Source of the DNA: the human T2T-CHM13v2.0 reference genome, Homo sapiens
Direction: 5' to 3' (one strand)
DNA: 64,000 nt
Assembly: GCF_009914755.1 (NCBI RefSeq)
Contig: NC_060929.1
Positions 29,410-48,067 of the stretch are shown in pieces. A program made the position numbers and the translations under genes. Every line of letters starts with the position of its first letter. Within the stretch, counting starts at the first letter, position 1. The notes under the pieces were generated by a model. It was given only the letters and a program-made list of their open reading frames with translations. It was not told the DNA's origin and made no database searches.

Positions 29410-29691
29410 CTTGTGTCTATATATAGAGAGAGGAAGCACAAAATATATATATAGAGAGAGAGAGAGAGAGAAGAGTACATTTTGTGCTCTTATAAAAAGT
29501 ATAAAAGTGTAAAAAGTATAAAAAGTATAAAAGTGCTTCGAATGGTGTATTTGTATATATATGTATATATATACATGTATACACATGTATATACACGTAT
29601 ATATTATTATATTAATATATATACATATATATTGTTATTTTATTATTATTATACATATATATATAGAAATACACCCATCCGAAGCACTTTT
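29410..29691. repeat. (TA)n/(GA)n low-complexity region with aaaagtata tandem units and a terminal inverted repeat
   Basis: Read directly; inverted arms at 29529-29567 and 29650-29691. Confidence 0.85.
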
Positions 29692-30901
29692 TAGTATTCA
29701 CTGGGTCACTGCTTAGTTTTCAGGCTCTGTCATCACAAGGGTCCCCAGAAACACAGTTCTTCACAACACTGGGGTATATCAGAGTCAGTTGTGAGATAAT
29801 GTCACAGATAATGCAACTAATAACCATGTAGCACCGTGGCTTGCAATTTATTATTTTTTAAAACTAATTTAGAAATAAATAAATAAATAACAAATTAGAG
29901 AAGATTTGATATTTTCCTACTAATACTACTACATTCATTCATTATATTCTGATACTCTTTCTTGGGAGGAATCATTGCGACTATTAATATTGAAATGGAA
30001 TTAGGACTTGTCCACAGACGTGTGTGGCTGTGACTATTACGTCTGTTACGTATGTCACTGTTGGTGCCCTAGAGGTGGCTCCTACCCGTATAGTAGAGCA
30101 TATCTCAGCTTTTCCTAGTCTTGAGGGTGTTTTTAGAGCTCTTGTAACTTTGTCATGATTTGAGGGAGGAAAAAGGCAGTTGGGTGGGATAGAAATTTGA
30201 ATGAAAATAAGCCATTTGCACATCACCTCTGGGATAATGTTAGATCAAGGGTTTTACCCCTTTCAGACAGATCAATGCTGTTATAGGCTTAAGTAAGATC
30301 CCTCGAGAGGAAAGAGGTTTGGCAGGGACTGCTGGCAGGCACTATTTTCGTGTTTAGATTATATTTGATGAAAATCTTTACTTTGAAGTTGTGCATTGGT
30401 TAGGAATTTCCCCCCAAGAGTTAATGTTCTAAGTATTATCAAAGCAAATCTCATAATTTTGCTATGAAGGCACCAAAATTCCAGTCATCTCAGAGAGGAG
30501 GAAGGTGAACCAGCCCACTTTCTGAACTAAAAAAGGAAACACCTGTCTCTGAGAGGTGCTGATTTTTAGACGTTATGGCATTCATGTTAATGGAGAAGGA
30601 AAATTAGATGTAGGCTTCTTGACAAACTTCCTCTGAAGTTTGAGCAGATTGTTCCCAGCATGATGCTATCATGTTGGCGTTTATAACTTAGGCTTTAGTA
30701 ATTTCCATTTATAATAACCTCATTTGGGGTAAAATGGAAATTGCCATGTTATTATACTTCTGGGGCAGTGAGTGGAGTGAGCACTGGACTGAGAGTGTGA
30801 AAGTCTGAATTCTTAGGTAAGGTTTATTTGCTATGTAAAGATACTGGATGAAATGTCATAAATCTTAAGTATGTCAACTCAAAAATGAGAATGGACTAGG
30901 T

Positions 30902-31124
30902 CAGCTAATTTCAATCTGTGTCCCTCAGAAAATGTAAGGCTTCCCAGGACCCCTAAAAGGCCCCTAAAAGAAGTGTAGCGTAGAAAACATCCTTAGGGCG
31001 TGTTCCATGTTTCCACATCCACTTTAACTGGAACCTCCACTTTTTTCTTCTGTGGATAGTGGGCTTTCTTACAACATTTTATCTGGAGAAATAATTCCTT
31101 TGTTAATCTCTTTCTTTAGCAGTG
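30902..31124 (+). mobile_element. hAT-Charlie MITE (MER103-like) inserted in a MIR
   Basis: cagctaatttcaatctgtgtccctcaga...; ggactag on both flanks; MIR-like sequence upstream (~30760-30900). Confidence 0.45.
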
Positions 31125-31921
31125 GACTAGATGCTCTTCAAGATTCTTGCTTTCATTACTCTGTTCTGACTGATAATTAAAACGTTAATAAATTGACATA
31201 TTAAATACTTTGGAAATTCAGCTCGAGATGTTTCCTTGAATAAGTCAGTCAAGAAAGATGTCAGGAAAGACCAATATAAATATGTCATAAATGTTCAATC
31301 TTCAGTTTATCTAAAAAATAGGATAAAGATGTTTAGCTCATTTTGTAGTATATCATGAATATTCATCTGGAAATTGATTCTATTCTCAGAATAGAGCACC
31401 AGAAACTACAGGAAGTGATACTCTCTTATTCTGGGAGTGATTTACTGAAGGCTAATATTTTTAAAATTTATTCTGACCAACATTGTTTTAATATCAGGTA
31501 TCTGCTAGCCAGTTACTGTTAGGCTGTGGAAACAAAAAGCAAAGAAAACCCCTCAGCCTTGAAGAATAAAATCTATCAGGAAAGACAGACATATGAACAG
31601 TTAATTGCAAAGTAGTGAGGTATGTACATAAATAAAAACATATACTATATAATTAAAAAGTGGTAGTAAATATGGTCATCAAAAGCACAGGGTCTGTGTT
31701 CAAATTTCAGTTCCATTATTTATAATGGCTTATAGCTTCTAGTTTTATGACTTCATTTTCTTCATTTATAAAATGAGAGGAAAAGAAGCCACCATATAAG
31801 ACCTTTTGTGCCAATCAAATGTTGTGTTATAATCAATGTTAAATGCTTGGTGCATGTCTATATTTACTACCACTTAAATGGTAGTTATGATTATTACACC
31901 ACTTAAATGACAGTTTAAAAA

Positions 31922-32745
<824 letters not shown>

Positions 32746-32747
32746 GG

Positions 32748-33714
<967 letters not shown>

Positions 33715-35328
33715 TTAGTTTTTAAAATTCAATATATACTCAGTTTGGTATACTCAGTGAAATGCAGTTCATACCATCACTTTACCTGTGCACTATGTAT
33801 TCCTGCTAGGTAGGCCTATCCCTTAATTGTATTAGGAGATGATATTTTCATTTCTCGTAATTCACAGTTTAAAATAGAACATTTTCACCAGCCTTTCTTT
33901 TCATAGCTTTAACTATACACTCATACCTGCTACTTATCATTCATTTACATGATGAGTGGGGGCCTAAATCCTGTTCTATCCTCTTTCTGATAAGCACTCT
34001 GTGAAATTGTCAGCTGCAATTGCCTATTGCCATAGGAATGACAGCTTAGTGTCTATTGCCACATGGCAGAATGTAGATATTTGTGAACCATCTTGTATTT
34101 TAGCAGACTAAGCTCTACGTGAAGAGAATTTCCTCATTACTCACTGGTCTCTTCCTATGTTAATCTATTAGCATTTGACTTCTTAGCTTTTGATATGTAC
34201 TTCTGTGTGGGCTCCATTACCTGTCTCTGCTTGTTATTTAAGTCTTGCTGTTGGAATAGGTAGTGTGAGCTTTCTTGTCATAGTAACCAGAAATTCATTT
34301 TTCTAATGTTGTTATCAATTATTACTTTATGACTCTATTATATAAAAAGGCTCCACTTGTCACATTTAATCAACCACATGTAGATGCCTTTTTTCTAGAA
34401 TATTTTGGAATAAATTAGATATTGAATTCCAAACTGGTTTCTTCATTAACGAGTGTGGCAACAGCCTGAAGTAAATGACAATGCCTATTTAATGAGTTTG
34501 GAAGCACTAATAGTGTCCATCCAAAACCCAGAGTCCCTTCCATTTGTCCATTATATCTTCCACTTTTTACTTTTCTGAGATAATTAGATGCAATTATAGA
34601 AATTTATAAAAGTAGAGTGCTCATATCCTGCATTTAATACTTTAAGGTGTCACTGTGGAGAAATCCACTGGCTTATTCTTTGTAGGTTGAAATGGGTCCT
34701 TTCAATTTTGTTCAAAATCTTATAGCTTCCCCTACCAGTGGTATTAATAATACCTTAAGAAAGGTGCTACATGACATCTACTCATTTCACTCCTGAAACA
34801 CAGAATAGCAGAAGGGAGAGAAGAATATAACTAATTGTTTTAATATCTAAGTTGAAAGTGAAAAGTGTACTTTCAAGAAGGATTTACTGTATAGTGTTTC
34901 ACTATAAATGACTGGGTTTAAATTATTACTTTCATGTGATAATGTTGGCTTTACATAAAAGCAGAATGCTTACCAGTTGCTTACTTTGACATGATTCATA
35001 ATGGCCTCAGTGGATATCAGAATGGTGACAGACATGCTGGTCTAGTATTTTCATTGCATTTCAGTGGGCTCATACCACATAGGGAATAGAATTAGGATTT
35101 TTACCCTTGTAGCTCAGTGAGATGCTTTGTGCCATGTGCAACGTACTCAGAAAAATGCATTCTAATAAATATTTTATGAACTATCAATTTATTGAGAACT
35201 ATCTTAGCTGCTTTTTTAAGTGGAGAAAATGACATCTTTTTTAGTTTGTTTTTATTCTTCATGTAATATGCTTTTTTTATTTTTTCATTTGATGGCTCTC
35301 TGGATGATTCAGGCACAAGGGAAAAAAA

Positions 35329-35332
<4 letters not shown>

Positions 35333-35360
<28 letters not shown>
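35333..35360. repeat. (AG)n microsatellite
   Basis: About 14 AG units read directly. Confidence 0.9.
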
Positions 35361-35361
<1 letters not shown>

Positions 35362-35759
35362 TGAGTATGGTTTAAAAATACCTGAATTGGCTGCTAGGCT
35401 TGAATTCTCTAAGCTAATGATGTTCAAATAAGAGTGTATATCAAAGAAAATTTGAGGAGCTTTGTAAAACAAGAATGTTACAGTCATCTCAGACATCTTG
35501 TTTCAGAAACCTCCAGGGAAAGGGCCCTGAATGCATTTTTTCAAATAGATTTCAGATGCCTCTGGCCCTTCACACTGGCTAAGAGCTACAAAACTATATC
35601 ATATATTTTGTAAGTGCACTTTTGATTTCTGTCTCATGATTTAAATTTTCTGAAAAATTCACATGCTATGGGATCTTTCTAAATTTCCCGTTTCGAAGCT
35701 AAAATTTGATGATATTCATGTCTGTACATACCTTTAGGTTTGTATTGCACTTCAAATTT

Positions 35760-36130
35760 TGCAGAGTGTCTTATTTCATCCTCACAACCAACTATCCTGT
35801 GAGATAGACCATGGCCAATGTACATGGATGTATAAGTTGGCTCACTGCACATGAGTACCTGGTTGAGGGAACATGTGGGCCTCAAACCCAGTCCACACAC
35901 TTAGTGTTAATAGGTATGCATACACTAGGCTGGATTTTCCCAGAGGGGAGATCTTCTAATTCTCACAAAGTTGTGCCATGTGTTGGTGGCAACCCTGCAG
36001 TAAGCAACCCAAGGATTATCATCCCCATTTAAGACATGAAGAGCTTGAGAGTTCAGAGAGGATGAATATTTCTTCCAAGGTTTCACAGTGATCAGCCCAA
36101 AGTCATTTGGCTTAATCCAGTGTTCTTTCT
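35760..36130 (-). mobile_element. MIR interrupted by a MER5-like hAT relic
   Basis: tttcatcctcacaaccaactatcctgtgagatag ... attatcatccccatttaagacatgaaga...cttccaaggtttcacag. Confidence 0.5.
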
Positions 36131-37073
36131 GCAAACGCTGGAAATTATTCTTGCATATTCTTTGAGATGCCCATGTAGTTTCATCAAAGTTGTTTAGCAA
36201 TGCTCTATTTGTTTATTAAAAGTGGTTCCTTGCCATATAAGAATTTGTTTTTCTTTTTGATCAAGAACAATTTAGTCAACTTTGGTTGTGACTTGCATTT
36301 AAAAACAAAGAGGCATACAAACAAAACAAATCAATGGCCTGATAGCCTTCAACATTTCCAGACAATGTTAAAGGTCAAGATTTTAAAATGGGGGCATCAT
36401 TAAAATTTCTGGAGTTTTCATAAAGACAATGATAATGACAAAGATTATCCTAATGATATGATTGTCTTGTGATACACTGGAAATAGTAGTAGGTTTGAGA
36501 TGAGGAAACTCAAATTCTAGTCCTGATATTCTCCCTAGCTTCATGCTTGCATAACCCAGTTTATAAGTTCCCCTGTAAGACAGAGACCAGACTGTGTTGA
36601 TGTCTTTATTAGCACATCATAAATAGTGAATATAAATAGCGGATGAAAAGTTCAACACCAAGAAAAACTCATACCTACTCAACAGGCCCTGGTGTCCTCT
36701 TCTGGGCTGGCTCCCTGGGTTACTACAGCCTGTCTTCACTTCTCAGCAGCAGTTCACCTGAAAGGACTGGCAAGAGCTCTGGGCCTCTCCAGACATTAGA
36801 TTCCAAGCATAACTGATTCTCAGCCACAGAAAGGGAAATTTTTTTTTCCCTCATCTTATTTTAAGACCTATCTTCATAATCTTCAATTTATGCTCCAGGT
36901 TTTATCTCTTTCCCGAATTATTAACAATAGCAGCATCCATTCACTATAGGAGAAATCTCAGTTCTACCCAGAGGGATGTGGAATGTTCCTACAGATCCGA
37001 AAACACAGTTAGTTTAGTGAAACATTAGTATATTAGTTAAAGTCAGACGTAAGTACATTAATTAGGGTCTGAG

Positions 37074-37442
37074 TGATATGGTTAGGCTTTGCGTCCCTAC
37101 CCAAATCTCATCTTGAATTGTAATTCTTAGGTGTTTAGGGAGAGACCTGGTAGGAAGTGATTGGATTATAGGGGCAGTTTCCCCCATGCTGTTCTCACGA
37201 TAGTGAGTAAATTCTTGTGAGATCTGATGGTTTTATAAATGGTAGTTTTCCCTGCACTGGCACTTCTCTCTCTTGCTGCCATGTGAAGAAGGTTCTTGCT
37301 TCCCCTTTGCCTTCTGCCATGATTGTAAGTTTCCTGAGGCCTTCCCAGCCATGCAGAACTGTGAGTCAATTAAACCGCTTTCCTTTATAAATTATGCAGT
37401 CTTGGGCATTTCTTCATAGCAGTGTGAGGATGGACTAATGCA
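37074..37442 (+). mobile_element. THE1-family MaLR solo LTR
   Basis: tgatatggttaggctttgcgtccctacccaaatctcatcttgaattgta ... ggactaatgca; 5-bp TSD ctgag at 37069-37073 and 37443-37447. Confidence 0.92.
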
Positions 37443-37639
37443 CTGAGTTATTCCGCCTTAAATGCGAGCCCAGTGTAAAATACTGCAGTTATACCACATT
37501 TAGTCTAGTTCTCTATATATTTCTTCTGAAGATTTCAAATAATGTGTGTCCATCTCAAGAATCACTTTTTATGTCTTTCTATTGTCAATTCCTAATATGT
37601 TAAATGAAGATGAAAAATCCTTTATAAGGTTTTTAAGGA

Positions 37640-38107
37640 TCAAATGTAATGCGAGGAGGTGGTTCCAAGATGGTTGAATAGGAACAGCTCCAGTCTACAG
37701 CTCCCAGCGTGAGCGACGTAGAAGATGGGTGATTTCTCCATTTCCAACTGAGGTACTGGGTTCATATCACAGAGGCTTGTCAGACAGTGGGTGCAGGACA
37801 GTGGGTGCAGCGCACTGAGTGTGAGCCAAAGCAAGGTGAGGCATTGCCTCACACGGGAAGCACAAGGGGTCAGGGAATTCCCTTTCATAGCCAAGCAAAT
37901 CTGTGACAAACAGCACTTGGAAAATTGGGTCACTCCCACCCTAATACTGTGCTTTTCCAATGGTCTTAGCAAACGGCATACCAGGAGATTATATCCCACG
38001 CCTGGCTCAGAGGGTCCCACACCCATGGAGCCTTGCTCGTTGCTAGCACAGCAGTCTGAGATCGAACTGCAAGGCAGCAGCGAGGCTGGAGGAGGTGTGC
38101 CTGCCAT
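37640..38107 (-). CDS. ORF0: L1 antisense ORF0 homologue, open and C-terminally extended (155 aa)
   Basis: MAGTPPPASLLPCSSISDCCASNEQGSMGVGPSEPGVGY matches the ORF0 N-terminus; ATG in gcaATGg context; translation unproven. Confidence 0.5.
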   Translation of the reverse strand: MAGTPPPASLLPCSSISDCCASNEQGSMGVGPSEPGVGYNLLVCRLLRPLEKHSIRVGVTQFSKCCLSQICLAMKGNSLTPCASRVRQCLTLLWLTLSALHPLSCTHCLTSLCDMNPVPQLEMEKSPIFYVAHAGSCRLELFLFNHLGTTSSHYI

Positions 38108-38684
38108 TGCTGAGGTTTGAGTAGTTAAACAAAGTGGCCAGGAAGCTCGAACTGGGTGGAGCCCACATCAGCTCAAGGAGGCCTCCCTGCCTCTGTAGAC
38201 TCCACCTCTGGGGGCAGGGCATAGCCAAACAAAAGGCAGCAGAAACCTCTGCAGACTTAAATGTCCCTGTCTGACAGCTTTGAAGAGAGTAGTGGTTCTC
38301 CCAGCAGGGATTTTGAGATCTGAGAATGGACAGACTGCCTCCTCAAGTGGGTCCCTGACCCCTGAGTAGCCTATCTGGGAGGCATCCCCCACTAGGGGCA
38401 GACTGACACCTCACAAGGACCAGTACTCGTCTGAGATGAAACCTCCAGAGGAATGATCAGACAGCAACATTTGCTGTTCAGCAATATATTCGCTGTTCTG
38501 CAGCCTCCGCTGCTGATACCCAGGCAAACAGGGTCCGGAGTGGACCTCCAGCAAACTCCAACAGACCTGCAGCTGAGGGTCCTGACTGTTAAAAGGATAA
38601 CTAACAAACAGAAAGGACATGCACACCAAAACCCCATCTGTATGTCACCATCATCAAAGACCAAAGGTAGATAAAACCACAAAG

Positions 38685-39701
38685 AAGGGGAAAAAACAGA
38701 GCAGAAAAACTGAAACTTCTAAAAATCAGAGTGCTTCTCTTCCTCCAAAGGAACGCAGCTCCTCATCAGTAATGGAACAAAGCCGGATGGAGAATGACTT
38801 TGATGAGTTGAGAAAAGAAGGCTTCAGACAATAAAACTTCTCCAAGCTAAAGGAGGAAGTTCAAACCCATCACAAAGAAGTTAAAAACCTTGAAAAAAGA
38901 TTAGACGAATGGCTAACTAGAATAACCAATGCAGAGAAGTCCTTAAAGGACCTGATGGAGCTCAAAACCATGGCACAAGAACTATGTGATCAATGCACAA
39001 GCTTCAGTAGCCGATGCGATCAACTGGAAGAAAGAGTATCAGTGATTGAAGATCAAATGAATGAAATGAAGTGAGAAGACAAGTTTACAGGAAAAAGAAT
39101 AAAAAGAAATGAACAAAGCCTCCAAGAAATAAGGGACTATGTGAAAAGATCAAATCTATGTCTGATTGGTGTACCTGAGAGTGACGGGGAGAATGGAACC
39201 AGGTTGGAAAACACTCTGCAGGATATTACCCAGGAGAACTTCCCCAACCTAGCAAGGCAAGCCAACATTCAAATTCAGGAAATACAGAGAATACCACAAA
39301 GATACTTCTCGAGAAGAGCAACTCCAAGACACATAAGTGTCAGATTCACCAAAGTTGAAATGAAGGAAAAAAGGTTAAGGGCAGCCAGAGAGAAAGGTCG
39401 GGTTACCCACAAAGGGAAGCCCATCAGACTAATAGCTGATCTCTTGGCAGAAACTCTACAAGCCAGAAGAGAGTGGGGGCCAATATTCAACATTCTTAAA
39501 GGAAAGAAATTCCGACCCAGAATTTCATATCCAGCCAAACTAAGCTTCATAAGTGAAGGAGAAATAAAATCCTTTACAGACAAGCAAATGCTGAGAGATT
39601 TTGTCACCACCAGGCCTGCCCTACAAGAGCTCCTGAAGGAAGCACTAAACATGGAAAGGAACAACAGTTACCAGCCACTGCAAAAACATGCCAAATTGTA
39701 A
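38685..39701 (+). pseudogene. ORF1: L1 ORF1p, disabled
   Basis: 1017-nt frame; start ATG changed to AAG at 38685; in-frame stops at 38832 and 39072; C-terminal ORF1p peptide in the ORF track (39141-39701). Confidence 0.92.
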
Positions 39702-39768
39702 ACACCATCAAGGCTAGGAAGGAAGAAACTGCAGCAACTAACGAGCAAAATAACCAGCTAACATCATA

Positions 39769-43582
<3,814 letters not shown>

Positions 43583-44128
43583 ACAATAAGAACACATGGG
43601 CACAGGAAGGGGAATGTCACACACCGGGGCCTGTCGTGGGGTGGGGTAGGGGGGAGGGAAAGGATTAGGAGATATACCTAATGTAAATGATGAGTTAATG
43701 GGTGCAGCACACCAACATGGCACATGTATACATATGTAACAAACCTGCACTTTGTGCTCATGTACCCTAGAAATTAAAGTATAATTAAAAAAATAAAAGA
43801 AATCAAACAAAATAAAAACAAATGTAATGCACAATATACTATCCTATTTAAATGGTAGATTTAATATAAATTCTAAGTAACTTTTCATAAATTTATTCAT
43901 GTATTTTAGTTTAACAAACACTAAAACAGTAATTACCATATTTCATGCACTATTTTAAATGTTTTAAAAATAATAACACATTTTATCTTTATGCCATCCC
44001 TTTGAAGTCCTAGAATTATTTCTATTTTATTTACTCTCTGAGACTCAGGTTAAGCAATTTGCCCAAGGTTACACATTTTGCTAACCTGCAGAAACAACCA
44101 AAGTAAGTTAAAAATATATATTTACTTG

Positions 44129-44577
44129 TATGCTGGTTAATTTCATGTTTCAATTTGGCTAGGTTATAGAATGTCCAGATATTTGTTTAAACATTGTTTC
44201 TGGATGAGATTAGCATTTGAATTGGTGAACTCTATAAAGCTGATGGCCCCTGCCCAATGCAAGTGGATATCGTCCAATGTATCCAGGGCCTGAATAGAAC
44301 AAAAAGGCAGAGAAAGGGAGGATTCACTGTCTGCCTGACAGCTTGAGAAGCTTAATATTGTCCTGGCCTCAGACTGAGGCTTATACCATTGGTGCTTCTT
44401 GTTCTCGGGTCTTTAGACTTGAGCTGGAACTACACCGCCAGCTTTCCTGGGTCTCCAGCTTATAGACAGCAGGTCGTGGGATGTCTCAACTTCTCAGTCT
44501 TCATAACTGTGTGAGCCAATTCTATATATATTCATATTCTATTGGTTCTGTTTCTCTGGAGATCCCTGGCTAATACT
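44129..44577 (+). mobile_element. MLT2 (ERVL) solo LTR
   Basis: ggttaatttcatgtttcaatttggctagg...gggcctgaatagaacaaaaaggcagag...ctattggttctgtttctctggagatccctggctaata. Confidence 0.82.
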
Positions 44578-44748
44578 CCTTACGTCGGATTTTGTTTAAT
44601 GTAAACAATTATCCAAACATATAAATCACCAAGAAAACAATGATCTATGTTCTTTCAGATGCTAGTTGTGTATGACCTGTTGTTGAATTTTTATGTATAT
44701 CAATTGTTTGTAGAAAACAAAAATAAGGCTCTTATCTTTAATTTAGGA

Positions 44749-44913
44749 CCTTGCTCCTTGAAGTGTGACCTCCAAGGCCAGCAACATATGCTTCACCTGA
44801 GAGTTTGTTGGAAATGAGGACTCTCAGGTCCACCCAGACCTATTGAATCAGAATCTGCATTTTACCAAGAATCAAGATGATTTGCATGCACATTAAAGTT
44901 AGGGAAGTGCTTG
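44749..44913. mobile_element. MER5A hAT-Charlie DNA transposon
   Basis: cccagacctattgaatcagaatctgcattttaccaagaatc...gcacattaaagtt. Confidence 0.75.
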
Positions 44914-47537
44914 TCTGGAGTAGTATATGTTTAAGTACTAACATAAAACTATGATCTTCCACAGGTATAAGCAGCTATTTACCAAATGTGCCCAAAGAGG
45001 GGATAAATATGTTGGCATACCTAGAATGCATATGCAGCATAGCACTGTTCATCAGCTGGAGAAAACTGTGCTAGTAAATGGTGTTTACTATTCAAAACAT
45101 TCCTCTTTAAAGTTTCTTCTACCGAGACAGATATCCCAGAGCATCATTTTCAAGGTCCATTTCAAGGCCTTGTAGACCTTACATGAGGAGCTCATGTAAT
45201 CCATTCCAGAGCATAACTGGTGGATCTGCTTGTGAACGGGAACATAAGCTCATTTGTGCTATCCAGGTGATTTAAACTGTTCTATGACATTACTTGTGTG
45301 TTTCAGGTTCTTGGTGCTTTTCTGTCCTCCTGGTTTACACTTTGACCGTTCTCTTCCAGCCCAGCAGATTTCTGACTCCTAGCTATGTATAGCCACTCCT
45401 GTCCAGCTCAGACTTCTGTGGGCTGGGTTCTGGTCTGAATAGCCTTGCCAAGTTTTTCTTGTGTCTTTTTGTCCTTCTTGAGCATCCTAATACTCATATG
45501 ACCACCCCTCTCTTGATTCTGAAAATTGTATTCTCTAGCTATGCCTGGCAGTGGACTCTACTCTCAGTGCACACCATAGTTGCATGGATGATATCTATAG
45601 GGCTATTCATACACTCTTGGTTGCCCCCAGCTTCTGATTTTGCCCTTCCAGGCTTGCTCTGCCTCATGTAGTTCACAAACCATGAGCATCCCTTGCCCTG
45701 CACATAGAAAGAGGCACTGTAGGTACTTTTTATTGTGCCTGAGCATGAGAACACAAATGTACTAAAAACAAGGTAAGGCTGTGAACACATTCAATTATGG
45801 GGAGCTGAATTTTATTTCTTTTTTTGCTGTTAAGACAGCCTATTCTGCCAAATAAAAACATGGGCAAAGCACAGTCTAATTGGGTTAATAAAAAAACTTG
45901 AATTGGATATTTTATGACCCAATCAGTTGCTTAAATGAGATAATGTGCCTCAAGCTCCTAGCATGATTTCTGGTCCACAGTATGTGTGTTAACAAATGCT
46001 AGTTTTCTTTCCTCTGGCCGTCAGGTCAAATAAAATAGAAAAGTACTCCTTTGATGCAGTGGATAAACCTGGCTTTAGTGTCTATATTCTAAATCTGTTT
46101 TCCTAGGGGCATATTTTAAGCATCATAAGAAGAGTCTGAGGCTGTTAAATTCTACTGGACAGTGTAATCATTACAGTCAGCAGCACATCATCAAGAAAAG
46201 TTTGTTGTTGTTGTTTTTTGACAATGGTTTTACCATAATTGGTAAAAGCTCTACAGAACAGTCTTTGCAAAACCCAGGGTTGCTGTAGGAGTGTGATGCC
46301 AGCTTGTGAGTGAACAGTATGTATGCATTCTGATCAACTTGGTTCAAATCACTGAGCATCTGGTTATGCAGATAATGGAGAGCATTTGTCCAGACACCTG
46401 GTGTGTGCAAATTGCTTCTCATTTTTGTGCTTGCAAATTAGGAATCCAAGACCCCTGCAAGGTTATGAATAAATAACATGGTTAAGGGCTTACAGACCAA
46501 AGTTATCATTAAAATAAACAAGCTCTAGTTCAAGCTTTAACAAGTCAGCCACTCTGCAAGTAGTGCATTCCCAGTTCTTTATTGTCAACTTTGTGGCTTA
46601 TGTTCCCAAATAATTTCTTTCTTCATTTTTCTTAAGGGATTGTCTTCATTTTTCCATTTTGATGGCCTTTGGCAGTTGATGAATAAAGAAAATATGGCTT
46701 ACTATAGTGAGCTTGGTTGATACAATAATCAAGTAAGAGGACCTTGATTTTCTACCCCTGGTAAAAATCTTAGAAAAGAGTTGGTCCTGAGCAAAATTAT
46801 GAGGAAGTGCACCCTCCCATTCCATGAAGTTCCCCTTTCTCTATGCTGACTTGCTTTTTGGGAAATTGTCTCTCTCCAGTGCTTTTTTTTGTTTGTTTGT
46901 TTTTGTTTTTGTTTTTTGTTTTTGTTTTTTGTGTTTGTTTTTTACTTCTTCTCCCTTCTGGAAACTTAGTTTCAGGAGATATGCAGAAAAAAAAAACATA
47001 CTAACGAGCAGGAGCAGACAGATTTTAAAATAGTAATATGTTCCTTTTAGCAGAAACATTGATATTTTAACCTCAGACAAAAAAAAACCCTACGTGTTAA
47101 GAAAAAAGAATCTGTGAATTTCAAAATGTTCGACATTAATGAGCAGGTTGAAAACATATTTTGATGGGGGAAGAGGATCTTAAGTTTCATGAACATTACT
47201 CTTCAGCGGCTACTTGCTCTACCTACACATAAGAAAGGCTGTACTTCTAGGATAGAAAGCCAGGATTTAAGGGAAATGGTGAGAGAGAGGAGTGGAAATC
47301 TGTGAGGATCAGTGGAGGAAAAAAGAAAGGAGAATATTTGTGTGATGGTGAGGGGTTGAAGTCAGCTTGCTATATAAAGACATTCTTTTTGAAAAATGCT
47401 AAGTCTTTATGGAAAAGCTTCATGATGTTATTTATTTTGCTAGTCTTTTCACTTCTTTCATGTTAGATTTGTTTAAAGTAAGCACTTTTGTGCAGAAATT
47501 AAAACCTAGGCAGCAAAATGTATGTAATCAGATGTAG

Positions 47538-48067
47538 TGTATTAGCAAGCCTCCCAGATGGGCCCCCAGTAACTCTTGTCTCTTTGTATCCATGTCTTTG
47601 TGTAGTCTTTTCTGATAGTGAATATTGTTGACCATGCGACAAATGGATATTGTAACAGTGATGGCATGTGACTTTCTGCAAGGTGAGGCTGTAAACCCAC
47701 TGACCCTTTCGTCTCATACTTTATTGCATCACTTGCTCTGGAGGAAGCCAGGTGTCATGTGATGAGTACACAAGCAGTCCATGGAAATCCCATGAGAAGA
47801 GGAAGATCTGTCAACAAGCTCCAACTTGCCAGCTTTATGAATGACAACATTCCCAAAGCAGATCTTCCAGCCATAGCCAGACTTCAAATGACCACAGCCC
47901 AACGGACATTTTGATTCCATTCTCATGAGAGACCCTAAGCCAGAAACATCTAAGCTGCTTCCAAATTCCTGACTCCCAGAGGATATGAGAGATAATAAAT
48001 GTTTATTGTTGTTTTAAGCTAGTAGATTTTGGGGCAGTTTGTTATGCAGCAATAGATAATGAATACA
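47538..48067 (+). mobile_element. MLT1F-type MaLR LTR
   Basis: gcctcccagatgggcccccagt...cacttgctctggaggaagccag...gtttgttatgcagcaatagataatgaataca. Confidence 0.75.
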
